A stretch of DNA of 64,000 bases from Epithemia pelagica (GCA_946965045.2 OX337237.1:3162001-3226000), one strand, 5' to 3'. Numbered from the stretch's first letter, positions 14,990 through 27,089 are shown. Notes: generated from the sequence alone by a model not told the origin. Program-made: numbers and translations.

Positions 14990-15780
14990 AGGACCCGAGC
15001 GCCGCTATGCTGACGTATTGGGGCTCTCTGATTGGCCTCGCTATCCGGATAGCGGATTAGCGGAGCCAAAGGGAAATAAACTCCACGATCTCCGTTAAAA
15101 GAACGCCGCTATCTCGCGTTGCGCGTACGCATTGCGCATATGCCCTCTCTTGTTTCGGTTAAAAAGGGGTGCGACCGCGGAAGTTGCGGAATTCAAACAA
15201 GACAATCAACGAGAGCACAAAGCATAAACCAAAGATGGAGGACTCGTTGTTCTCCCTCTTCATTGTTGACTGTCATGGTGAATCATGTTGTTGTTCATGG
15301 CCAATGTAGATGTAGGTTGTAGGTTGCAGTCCAATCTTCCTATTCCCTGTCCGATTTCCGACTGATTGTCTGATAATTGATAATCGAACTCATCAATAGT
15401 TTGAATGATGCATTTGTTTGATTGTTGCATTCCTTCTGATCCGTGATCCTCGAATCATCTTGCTGTGCATGGTTCTTGTCCCATTATAGGAAGTAGGGAA
15501 CACAACAATGGAAAAAGAGATGGTAAGCGATCGTCACAATCAATACGTGCCATTGCCATGTTTTCGACACGAGAGATTCAAAGTTTCACTGATGGCAGCA
15601 GACGTTAATTTCTTTCTGCCGACGGTTATATTTTGCTCCGCTATCCGCTATTTTCCCCGCTATTCGGGGCCCCAAATAGCGGCAAAAATAGCGGACAGCG
15701 GAGCTGTTTAGCGGTTAGAGGAGATGGTGGAGTTCGATAGCGGTTTTGGGGCCATTAGCGGGCCCGGGTGGAGATAGCCT
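14990..15780. mobile_element. Putative non-autonomous DNA transposon / MITE-like element with TAGCGG subterminal repeats
   Basis: About 13 TAGCGG/CCGCTA motifs in two terminal clusters. Imperfect inverted match between atagcggattagcggagccaaa (about 15049) and ttttgctccgctatccgctat (about 15631). Palindromes at 15039-15054 and 15657-15682. No convincing ORF inside and no clear TSD found. Confidence 0.5.
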
Positions 15781-15987
15781 TACTAAATGAGCAAACACAA
15801 AACGAGTGCCAATAGGAGTAGGTAGTTGATAGTAGCTGTGTTCGCTATGTATTCCCCGTTTATATGAACTAGGAGTAAGACAATATTGTACAACAAGTGG
15901 AGGAGGAGGGACCAAGAGAACATCACACAAGCATGAGAGACAATGCAGTCCTTTCTTCTTTGCCTGTTCAAGCAACGACATTGAGGC

Positions 15988-18044
15988 CTATTGGTCATCG
16001 TCATGATAGTCATCTTTGGAGTACGAGTCTTTCTTTCCGCTGTGGTCATAACTAATAGGAGCCTTGGCAAACTGTGAATCAAACAATTGAGAGACAAACA
16101 CAATCGATTCAAGTCAAGGTGAGAGGAGTGATTCCAAGTGGACAAACCACGTGGGACACGAGTTTGGACACGTACCGTATAAGTTGTCTTGTGAACCGCT
16201 GGTGCTCGCTTGCCCATTCCCATCATTTCCATACCTTTGCCTATACCCATGCCTTTACCCATACCCTTTCCTTTCGCTTTATTATAGTAGGCTGCCCAAT
16301 AATCTTCTTTTCCGTAATAGTCCTTCTTGCCCATTCCCATCATTTCTTGACCCTTGCCCTTGCCTTTACCCTTGCCTTTACCCTTGCTGCTACTCCCGGA
16401 GTCTTTCTTGCTTTCTTTCTTGCCTGTGGGATTCGTAGGTTTGAGAACGGGTGAAGGCGTAACGAAGGGTGCAGGTGTGTTAACGGGGGACGGTACTGGA
16501 CCAGGCGTTGGATTCGGGTCATTACCAAGAAACTGACTTTTAATGGCCTCCACCTCGGCCAGGTCGTCCAAGTACGCCGCGGCATCGGCGGGAGTTCCCA
16601 CCACTCCGTCCACCAGGCACGCCAAGTCGTCCGCACAAATGGCAAGCAGTGCATCGGATGCATTGGCCACTGCGTCTTGAATAGACGGGTCAAATGTCTC
16701 AAAGCAATTGGTACCGTCAAAAATAGGATTGGAAAACAAGGAACTTCTGGAGCTGAAGCTGCACCACGAAGCACAGTAACTATAGGCCGTCTCAAAGCGA
16801 AGTTCGTTCGGATCCGTGGGAATGGCAACCTGCCCGAAGAACGGATCAATCCAGTCATCGTTTGGATCGCCATTGGGAGTTCCATATAGACCTTGTACAC
16901 CATCTACCAAATCGGGAGGAATGTACAACACCGTAGAGAAAAAGCAACCAAAGGAGTCCGAGAATCGACGAAGCAAGCGAATTTCCATGTCATTGGAGTC
17001 AAACGTGACCCTGATTTCGCTGTCATTAAAGAAAATGGTGGCACCTCCAACGTTGTTGTCAATTCCTTGTGTGGGAAACTCTTGAATAAAGTCCACAAAA
17101 AAGTTGGGAGTGCAAGATCCATCCGGAAATTCAGGAAGTGATACTTCCACCACTGTGAAAGTAGGATCTTGAGCAACCACACCGGTAGTAATGGACGCTT
17201 GTTGAAGGTTTGGGACTCGGCTGAAACGGCCTTGAATCCGCAAGAAGGCGGACTGGGCCAAGATGAAGTCACCTTGTAGCTGACAGTCAAACTCCACACC
17301 ATCAAACGTTTGGATATGAGGATCGCCAAGCACAAAAGAAGCTGCCCCTGTGGTGTTGACATCCGTCCCATTGTTGCCGTCGATAATCTCCTCAGTAAAG
17401 CATTGTTCAAACACTTCATCATAGTTCAAAAAGACAAAGACCGAGTCGTTGGGATAGCGGCCTGTTTCACATACATTAACCACTGTACTGTCACCAATAT
17501 TGGAGCAATCCAGATTACAATCATCACAAAAACCGCATTGCTGGCCGTTGATAAAGCCGGCACATTCGGTAAATTCCTGAGTCTCCAAATCATACAACTC
17601 GTCGTAACAGACATAATCAGTAAAGCCAGAAACGTAGGAGACACACATATTGAATACACTGTATGCGTAGCCACCACTTGGATTTTGCTCGAACAAGGCC
17701 GAGATAAAATCTATTTCGGTACAGATAGGTTCCGTAACTGAGGGATCCTCGACACAGTTCAACTCGCCACCGCATTTCGGAAAGGTACATGTGACTCCAA
17801 ACGTTGAGGGTGCCAGAGATTCGTAACAGACACACTCTGCATTGGCGACAATACCTAAGTCATCAAGAACGATTTCGATAAAGCTGTCACAGTCTTGCAA
17901 CCTCCGATTGTGGGAGATCTTGGGTCGGTATTTGTCTTGGAGTTTCCGATGTAGGCTCAGTCTGGGATCGGCTTGTATTATCCGAACGTTAGACATGCAA
18001 AACGCAAGGATTGCGACACAAAGAATCGATATGGATCGCGACAT
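15988..18044 (-). CDS. Secreted Cys-rich/GDPH-VWD putative adhesive or extracellular-matrix protein, copy B (intact, 650 aa); exons 18044-16176 and 16071-15988
   Basis: MSRSISILCVAILAFC signal peptide, HRKL/NRRL propeptide, Cys-rich module, LGDPHIQTFDG VWD-type domain, YCASWC..C..ICADDLACLVD module, PNPTPGPVPSP linker and KGKGKG/GMGK/YWAAYY tail. A phase-0 intron at 16072-16175 (GTACGT...CACAG) gives the end FAKAPISYDHSGKKDSYSKDDYHDDDQ*. Confidence 0.85.
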
Positions 18045-18780
18045 GATGATGATGTGGTTTTTTTTGTTTTACCGGTCCGCAAAGGCTTGGTTTGATTTGA
18101 TTATCGATCTAGTGCCTTGTTATTCCTCTCTGCAAACAATGGTGGTGGATTACCTTCCTTATAGGTCGGCACCCTCTTTGAATCAATGAGAAAATGACAA
18201 CAAATGACCTCTTGATTTGACATTTTCGCAGTTTCCAGAGGACAGAATCCCTCCGTGTGTCGTCGGAGGGGATTCATGAATCGTTTGACTTCCTCTGTGT
18301 GAGCTACTGGACTCGGTCTGCCAAATTCGGCCAGGATGGGCTGGGGGGGATTGCAATCGCGCTCGTGTGTCAATTATTGATGAAGTGGTGACCAGCGTCC
18401 GTCCGGCAGTCCTGTCGCGAGCGATTCCCTCAAAAGACACACTCACTCTCATTAAGTATCTATTCGTATGGGATCATATCGGCTGGCGCGCGTTTGTTCA
18501 GCGACTTCCTTCACATACACAAAACCTGCACGCACCGCGACTCTCTGTCTCCTGTCTGCTCTCCAAACACGAAAGGCAAGATGAGAGAAATCCCGCATTA
18601 CAAATCACAAGATTAAGGAGTAGGTACTCCTACGAATCGATCAGAGTCCCCAACGAATGACCCTACTACAATACGTCAAAGCCTCTCTCAAATCACACAT
18701 GGGAAACATAGAGTAGCATTCGAAAGAGCATGTCCTTGCTCTTTCCCCACAAGAGAGGAACGGCTTCAGAAGCATTTGTC
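18045..18780. repeat. Upstream region of copy B, paralogous to 21911-22570
   Basis: Shared blocks include gattgcaatcgcgctcgtgtg, cactcactctcattaagtat, tactcctacgaatcgatcag and aacgaatgaccctactacaatac. Confidence 0.85.
18320..18333 (-). promoter_or_regulatory. Conserved upstream motif GCCAAATTCGGCCA (copy B)
   Basis: Same 14-mer as upstream of copies A and C. Confidence 0.4.
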
Positions 18781-19929
18781 TTCGTGAATTTCGCATGGTC
18801 GTTTCTAGTGGAACTGAACCCAATTTCTATACACAAACAACAATGTCGTGATCTCTAGCTAAAAGTTTGAATTGCGAAAGTATTTCGACACTCAGTAAAC
18901 TGCGATAGAACACGTGTGAAACGACCGCCCTCAGCGTGCTCATGGGGTATCCCATTGTGTAGATGCGCTGCACTCCTTCACAATCGCACGTAAGAATTGT
19001 GAATCTGTCGATCGTATCGCAATGACAGTACCATCGGTGGTGGTTCTAGGAGAACCTTACTACATCAGCCATGTCGAGTACTTTGATGTTTTCGTCTTGA
19101 TGTCATTCATGGGGCGGCCATTTTTCTTGTTGCATCCATAGAGGTCTCGGGACTGTCGAATCACCAAGGTCAAAACCATCCACTAGACTATTGCAGCGTC
19201 TATTCTGATGGTATGCGTTTTAACGAAGAACGAGTCAAAGCGAATAACTTCTTTGAGAAATGTACCACTGTGAATTCTTGTACAATAGAGAAGGTAACCA
19301 ACGATATGTATGCTTGCAAATTGCTAGCCATGGCGCTTCCAAGCCGGACTGAAGTTGGTCACTTCATCCGTCCGATCTCTGGGATGAAACCAGTCTTCCT
19401 CTGCCCGGCAGCCCTCCAGCCCCTAGACAGTCCACATTCGGCTTCGTTTGCGCCGACAGCAACTACAACGGCTTTGACATCTCCGCTGTCCATGATTCCC
19501 AAATTCTTGCATTGTGGTGAACCGCAACCCACCCGACACACTCATTATCACGCGAGTAGTAGTGGACGGATGCCGAAAGTTCAATGATACCAGCATCGTG
19601 GCACTTCCCTTGGCTATACTCCGGTATTGCCAAAGTCCTCTTCAAATTCTTCTGCCCCTGTTGTGACGTCCTTCGATAAGCCCTCAAATGGTTCTCATCA
19701 ACATGGATTTTCGAAAAGGGCCTCGCCAGGGAGGCAACTGGAGTGGATTCTCTCCACTTCTTTCGAGGCTCTTTTGCACCACGGGCATAACGCTGGCGAT
19801 CCTCGCATGGGTCCAATGCCAGCCACAACCCATCAAAATCCATTTGCCAGTGTCGGGGTTCAAGTGTCGAAGCATATCGGAGGACAACCAATGCACCAGT
19901 GTACGCGAGTTTATAACTATCTACGATGC

Positions 19930-21910
19930 CTATTGATCATCGTCATGATAGTCATCTTTGGAGTACGAGTCTTTCTTTCCACTGTGACCATACGTAATAG
20001 GAGCCCGAGCAAACTGCGAATCAAACAAATAAAACACAAGGGCAATGAAGTCATATCAAAGTTAGAAGTGTGATTCCAAGTTGACCAACCACATGAAACA
20101 CGAGTTGGGACACGTACCGTATAAGTTGTCTTGTGAACAGCTGGCGCTCGCTTGCCCATTCCCATCATGCCCATCATTCCCATACCTTTACCCATACCCA
20201 TGCCTTTGCCCATACCCTTTCCTTTCGCTTTATTATAGTAGGCTGCCCAATAATCTCCTTTTCCGTAATAGTCCTTCTTGCCCATTCCCATCATTCCTTG
20301 ACCCTTGCCCTTGCCTTTACCCTTGCTGCTACTCCCGGAGTCTTTTTTGCTTTCTTTCTTGCCCGTGGGATTCGTAGGTTTGAGAAGAGGTGAAGGTGTG
20401 TTGACGGGGGACGGTACTGGAACAAGCTGACTTTGAATGGCCTCCACTTCGGCCAAGTCCAACAAGTATGCCGCGGCATCGGCGGGAGTTCCCACCACTC
20501 CGTCCACCAGACACGCCAAGTCGTCCGCACAAATGTCCAGCAGCGCATCGGATGCATTTGCCACTGAATCTTGAATAAACAGGTCAAATGGCTCCAAGCA
20601 ATTGGTACCATCAAAAGTACCATTGGTAAACAAGGAAAAGTCGGGGTCGGAGATACACCAGTTCTGAGCGCAATAATCATAGGCCGTTTCAAAGCGAAGC
20701 TCATTGGGGTCCGTGGGAATCTGCAGAACCTGACCGAACCGATCAATCCAGTCATCGTTTGGATCGCCATTGGGAGTTCCATACAAACCGTCTACGCCTT
20801 CGACCAAATCGGGTGGAATGTACAACACCGTAGAGAAAAAACAACCAAAAGAGTCCGAGAATCGACGAAGCAAGCGAATTTCCAAGTCATTGTCGTCAAA
20901 CGTGACCCTAATTTCTCTTTCATTAAAGAAAATGGTGGCCCCTTCAATATTGTTGTCAATGCCTTGCGTGGGAAATTCTTGGGCAAGGTTCACAAAGAAG
21001 TTGGGAGTGCAAAACGGATCCGGAAATCCAGGAAGCGATACTTCCACCAATGTCGAATCAGGGTCCAGAGCAGCCACACCGGTGGTAACGGAGGCTTGCT
21101 GGAGGTTTGGGACTCGGCTGAAACGCCCTTGAATAACCAAGTCTAATGATTGTACCAAAACAAAGTCACCCTCTGCTTGACAGTCAAACTCCACACCGTC
21201 AAATGTTTGAATATGAGGATCACCAAGCAAGGAAGAAGCTGCCCCCGTGGTGTTGACATCGTAAAAGCATTGTTCAAGCACTTCAAAAAAGTTAAAAACC
21301 GAGTCGGTGCGAATTTGGCCTCCATCATCAGTGCAATCATCAATCACAGCACTGTCACCGAGATTGGAGCAATCAAAGACACAGTCATCACAAATAGCGC
21401 ATTGCTGGCCGTTGATAGAGCCAGAACATCCGATAAAGGCATCAGTCTCCAAATCGTACAACTCGTTGTAACAAACAGACTCAGTAAAGCCAGAGACGTA
21501 GGAGACACATATGTTGAATTCAGTGTAGGAGTAGTCTCCGTTTCAATTTTGCTGGAACAAGCCCGAAAATTGATCAACTATACCGCGCAGATAGGTTCCG
21601 TAAATGAGGGATCCTCGAGACAGTTCAACTCGGCTTGGCATTCCGGAAAGGTACATGTGACCCCAAATGTTGAGGGTGCCAGAGATTCGTCACAGACACA
21701 CTCTGCATTGGTACTAAGATCTTCGTCATCAAGAAAGAATTCGATAATGCTGTCACAGTCTTGCAACCTCCGATTGTGGGAGATCTTGGGTCGGTATTTA
21801 TCTTGAAGTTTCCGATGTAGGCTCATTCTGGAATCAGCTTGTATTATCCGAACGTTAGACATGCAAAACGCAAGGATTGCGACACAAAGAATCGAAATGG
21901 ATCGCAACAT
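19930..21910 (-). pseudogene. Secreted Cys-rich/GDPH-VWD protein, copy C, disrupted; last exon 19930-20013, intron 20014-20117
   Basis: Highly similar to copy B. A frameshift after EPICA gives TAG at 21578-21580, and in the restored frame there is an in-frame TGA at 21543-21545 where copy B has CCA. The spliced end reads FARAPITYGHSGKKDSYSKDDYHDDDQ*. Confidence 0.8.
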
Positions 21911-22570
21911 GATGATGATGATGATGTCGTTGTTTTTGGTTTTTCCGGTCCGCAAAGGCTTGGTTTGTTTCTCGATCTAGCAAGTGCCTTGTTGTTCCTA
22001 TCTGCGGTGGACAGCCTTCCTTGTAGCTCGGCACCGTCTTGGAAAGACAACAAATGACCTCGTTATTTTTATTTACATTTTCACATTCTCCAGAGGCTCC
22101 CTGTGGGGATTCATCAATCGTTTGACTACTGGACTCTCGGTGCCAAATTCGGCCAGGGGATGCGTCTGATGGGGATTGCAATCGCGCTCGTGTGTAGTGT
22201 GTTGCGTCTGGCAATCTTGTCGCGAGCGATTCCCCCAGGAAACACTCACTCTCATTAAGTATGTATTCGTATGGGACCAAATCGACTCGCGCGCGCCTGC
22301 AGTTACAGGTGAAACGACTTCCTCCACACGTGCCGTGATACAGCAGGCACGCACGGCGACTCTCTGTCTCGTGTGGGGAGCCCCTCGACACACGAAACAC
22401 GAAAAGAGACTTGCCACCACTTGCTCCCATAATAGCTCAAGGTATAGGAGTAGCTATACTCCTACGAATCGATCAGTCTCAAACGAATGACCCTACTACA
22501 ATACACCAAAGCCTCTCTCACATCACACAAAGAGCATGTCCCCAAAGAGAGGAACGGATTCAAAAGCATC
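21911..22570. repeat. Upstream region of copy C, paralogous to 18045-18780
   Basis: Same shared blocks, in the same order, as upstream of copy B. Confidence 0.85.
22142..22155 (-). promoter_or_regulatory. Conserved upstream motif GCCAAATTCGGCCA (copy C)
   Basis: Same 14-mer as upstream of copies A and B. Confidence 0.4.
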
Positions 22571-23311
22571 ATCCTACACACGACACACACGCAATCCATC
22601 CGAGATTCCCCAGGTCGACAGAGACACGCCGAATCTCAGGAGCGTAGTTCTGCAAGAAGACAAACCATTGGCTCCTGTCGTCATAAAGAAAAAGACATGT
22701 GGGTGACTGGAACAAATAGTCATGCTGTGTCCATTATTCGCTGCACACAAGGTTTCGCTCGTTCCTCATGTTGTCTTGTTGTGTGGTGTGTTCAATCGAG
22801 GGTAGGGCGATTCCGGTTTTCTACAAACTGTAGTGTCGTGTCATTTCGTCGTCACTCCTGCGCTAGGAAATGTCAGCTTCTCCAAAGCATCCTGGATGGC
22901 AGCAATCATCCGTGATATACTTCCAACATGAAGAACTGGCGTACGATCCATCTCCACCGACGTGCGAGAGTCTAGCTAGCTAGCTAGCTATATTCAAGAG
23001 GCTGAAGCACAAAATGCGATGCTAGTCTAGACTTGGGACCAATGCACTTGTCTACTACGAGTAGGTAGACGACACCACGTGTGATGATACGACAATGGGA
23101 GGTATAACGTTTGGAATCCAACATCATAACATGCGGGGCCTCTACTAGAGATTGGGGGACATGTCGATCGATGAAACGTGATCCAAAACTACAAATTTAT
23201 AAATATATACAATATGCATGGATCTACCTAGATATATATTATATATAATAAGATGTATCTTTTTCTTGTTCGTTTCCCACACAAACTATAGGAAAACGCC
23301 TCGGCCGTAGT

Positions 23312-23863
23312 TTACGACCGATCCAACAAATAGCGGTGGTCCTGGTCGTCGTCGTTGGACTGTGTGTGGTAGTTGGAATGGTGGTGGTGGTGCTGCAATC
23401 CATCCACAATGAGGACATGCCACCAATACCAACACCAATCCGACATGACCGCCAAGGTGTCTAAAAGACGGCGACGCCAGAGTCCCGTGGTGGTTGCAGG
23501 TTGTTGTTGTTGTTTTTTGCGACTCGTCATCATCCACCGAAGCAAAGAGGCCGGTGGTGGTCGTTGAGGTGGATGGGGCGGGGTCCGACTTCGAATCCAC
23601 GACAAGGACGAATGATGCAACCGCTCTGAAATGTCTTGTTGAAAGTGTTGCAATACAATCTTCTTGGAATTGGATGGGATCGGTCGTGACGACGAGTCAG
23701 TGTCGTGGAGAGAAAACGAGGAACACAAGCGAGTACTAATACCATCATCACTGGTTGTGGTGCGTCGCCATGTGCTGGTACTGGGAAGGGGCGGCGAAAA
23801 GGCTCGTCCGCCCGAGGCAACGAGGACAACGACGAGGAAGATTGTCGGTAGCGTCATCATCAT
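23312..23863 (-). CDS. Small hypothetical protein with a bipartite plastid-targeting-like N-terminus
   Basis: MTLPTIFLVVVLVASGGRA|FSPPLPSTST resembles signal peptide plus ASAFAP-type cleavage motif plus S/T/R-rich transit peptide. The mature part is not recognised. Confidence 0.5.
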   Translation of the reverse strand: MMMTLPTIFLVVVLVASGGRAFSPPLPSTSTWRRTTTSDDGISTRLCSSFSLHDTDSSSRPIPSNSKKIVLQHFQQDISERLHHSSLSWIRSRTPPHPPQRPPPASLLRWMMTSRKKQQQQPATTTGLWRRRLLDTLAVMSDWCWYWWHVLIVDGLQHHHHHSNYHTQSNDDDQDHRYLLDRS

Positions 23864-24475
23864 GAGGGCTTTGATTGTATTTGTAAAGTCCTCGTTCTCG
23901 TAGATTCTTCTTGGACTCTTACGGATGATGTGATGGATTCCTTTTGAATGTGCTTCTCATCTCTATATCCATAAAAAGACACGATCATCTTTGGCACAAC
24001 AGGAACAGGCCCCTTGGACCATCTGTTGTGCTTCTCATTTTGCCTTCTCGTTGTAACGCGACTGAACCAGCGACCGAGATCGCGCCGGCCAGTCTTCCGC
24101 ATTGTCGCGCCCGTCGACTGGCCAAAATTGAGTCCAACACCGCCACACACAAATAGGCAAACCCACCAAAATCCCCGCAGATTCCTCCCAACCGACCACA
24201 AGATCGCTTCATGTTTTGGACCGTCTCGAAAACACACATCCGTCGAATTTGGGGACAAGAATTGGGACGGACCCACGACAACGGAACAAAAATAACAACA
24301 ATCCGAAGCGCATGAGCACCGATTCCTGGATGACACTTGCCATGCTGATCTATACCGACACCCACAATCTCCATCACGACATTGGACGCAACATTACTTG
24401 TCATCCTTGTAGTCCTCGTTGTAGGAACTCCAACCACTACAAATCCAGGGAGTGTGTGAAACAAAAAAAAGGATC

Positions 24476-26950
24476 ATGAGATACGGTGGTTCTTCTTCTT
24501 GTTCTTTCAAGGCGGGTGGCACTTGTTGTCTGGTTTTGTGGACCCTGGTGGTCCTCGTCACGGCCAAACGGGCTCTGTCGCAACGCAGCAGTAGCAGCTT
24601 CAGTAGCAGCTTTAGTAGCACTGCTACCCATTCCTCCTCCCGTCGGCAATCGCCAGTGCCATCTTCCTCCTCCTCCAGTTCCTCCAGCTCGTCGTCGTCG
24701 CCGAATACGTACTACACTGCCTTTGACGATGCCTCGTGGGCCATTACGTCCACCAATCTGTCCACGACCATTTTGAGTGCCGACAAGCAAGCTCTCTACG
24801 ATGACTTTGTCCAAACCTGTCGCAACAATGAGTGTGACGACAAGGAAGAAGCCCATCGCATCTACATGAATCGTCATCAACCGTCCTCTGTTTACAATTA
24901 TACGACAAGCGGTTTTCAAAAAGTTCAAGCACCGTCACAGTTGATGCAATTGTTGCATACCGTGTGGGATCGTCACCAGGAGGACGACAGTGTCGTTGTC
25001 GAAGACACTGCGCTCGACAGTTATTATCACACGGCCGTGCCACCGACCACGTACCTGTCCTTGCACGATCATGGCGGACCGGCCTTGGAAGCGGCCATTT
25101 CGCAAGCGGCCCGATCTGTGTTGGAGGAATGGACCGGACAACGCTTGGCCGCCAGTTCCGTCTATGGCATTCGCATTTATCACAATCAATCCATTTTAAC
25201 GCCCCATGTCGATCGATTGCCATTGGGTACGTGTGTATGAGAGTGTCCCAAGAGCCAAAACGTACTAGTTGCAGGGAATCCGAAGGATGATGATGACGAC
25301 GATAGAATGATTGACATCCCTGTCGTGGTCCAATCGTTGCAATGTGTGTGTGTTTGTCGTTTTCTCACTGTCTCTGTCTTGCTCTGTCCTTTACACTTTT
25401 TCATTTTCTCTTCCCTCTCTCGTGTGTTTTGCTTTGGGAATCCGTCTTGGCTTTTTTGTGTTGTTCTTGTTTTTTTGTTGTTGTGTGGTTCCGTCCCAAC
25501 ACACACACACACAGTGTGTTCGGCCATTCTCAATGTGGCCCAAGATGTGGAGGAGGATTGGATGTTGGAAGTCTATGGTCATGAGGGACACGCCACCAAT
25601 GTGACGATGCAACCCGGAGACATGGTCTTGTACGAAAGTCATGCCACGATTCATGGGAGACCCTTTCCCCTACAAGGCCGCTATTATGCCAATGTCTTTG
25701 TCCATTTTCAACCCATGGGACCCGCCCATTCCACCCAACCCATCATCATGACGAATGCCAATGGAACCAATCCATATCATTATCGTCGTCTCGCTCCACC
25801 CTTTGTGGTACCGGGATCCGTGTGGGAAACCCAATACTACCAGGAATTTCCTCGTGGATGGACCTTGTTGACGGATTTGGAACAATTGGCCTCGCATGGC
25901 GATGTCTATACCTTGCAATACGTGGTCCAACGACAAGTCGACTTGGTCACGGATCCGCAACGGCAGTGCAATCTCTTGTATCTGGCTATTCAAAATCGTC
26001 ACGTCGAGTTGGTCCACTACTTGATTCACGACCTGAACTATACCGTCAATCTCGTCTGTCATGGACAAACGCCTCTTGATTGGAGTATTCCGCAACAATC
26101 CCAATCTCCAGAACCACGACGAGACCATACGAGTAGTACCAACGACCACCAGAATGCCATTCGAGACCTGTTGATTCATCACGGAGCTCAACCCTATGAC
26201 CAATTGATTCGGGACCATCCACAGTTGCGACAAGTCTGGGACGATCCCTGTCAGGTCATGAGTGCCTTGGTATGGACCTTGGAGGGGGACGACGAGGATG
26301 ACGATGAGGAGGAGGACAATGACGACGAGGATGAAGTGGACGAAATTCTCGACTTTTTCTTTCACCATCTCGAGTACCATGTCAACATGATTTGTTTTCG
26401 CACGGCCGCGACACCCCTGGATTTGGTAGCCGCCTGGAAGGAAGGAACTGGTGTGAGTCTCCATGGCGGCGGCATGGGCCGGTATTTGCAACGCCACGGA
26501 GGAACCTATCAATCCGCCCTGACCACCCGCCATTCGCCACAACCACCACAGCGACACGACTCGCGATGCAACGTCATGCAGGAGGCAATGGAGTATGGGA
26601 GTATTGCCGTCCTGGATTTTTTGTTGGATACACTTCATTACGACATTCAAATGCAGTGTACAGACTCATCGGAAGATGATGATGATGAGGAGGACGAGGA
26701 GTACCAAGAAGAAGAACCAGAACAAGAGGAGAAGGATGCCGACAGACTGGAGACTCGTGACATGGACAAAGAAGATAATGACAATGATCCTGACACGAAC
26801 AACAACAACAACAAGAGACTGAGAACCCCCTTGGATGTCGCATTGGATACCTTTCAGGATCATTCTCATGAATTAGTGTTGCATTTGACCAACTGGGGCG
26901 CCCTCACGCATCGACAATGGCAGTATTACCAGCAACAACGCCATCCATGA
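24476..26950 (+). CDS. Secreted 2OG-Fe(II) oxygenase (prolyl-4-hydroxylase-like) fused to ankyrin-like repeats; exons 24476-25226 and 25515-26950 (728 aa)
   Basis: An intron at 25227-25514 (GTACGT...CACAG) joins VYGIRIYHNQSILTPHVDRLPL to VCSAILNVAQ...QPGDMVLYESHATIHGRP (HxD...H triad). Three modules ending in TPLD. N-terminal hydrophobic signal. Confidence 0.8.
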
Positions 26951-27089
26951 ATGAATGCTGGCCCCCCACACACCCGTTCCGACAAACCGATCCACGAATC
27001 GGGAGGTGGCACTCGTCGTCGATCTAGGTAGTTCTATCATGCCCCTACTATCAAACACATCATCCTGTTAACAATACTACGACAAACTC

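Noticed and set aside
19100-19900. Short ORFs between copy B promoter and copy C 3' end, possible TE relic
   Set aside because: No transposase, RT or terminal-repeat signature recognised.
12762-20010. ORF-track C-termini of the GDPH/VWD proteins (..VRFSCQDILL, ..VRVQTRVPRG.., ..VRVPTRVSCG..)
   Set aside because: These are read-through into the conserved intron; the spliced 84-nt exon is conserved in all three copies.
21538-21585. Possible micro-intron (GTATAG...AG) rescuing the copy C lesions
   Set aside because: The available AG acceptors give either an immediate TGA or the wrong frame, and the region aligns to coding sequence in copy B.
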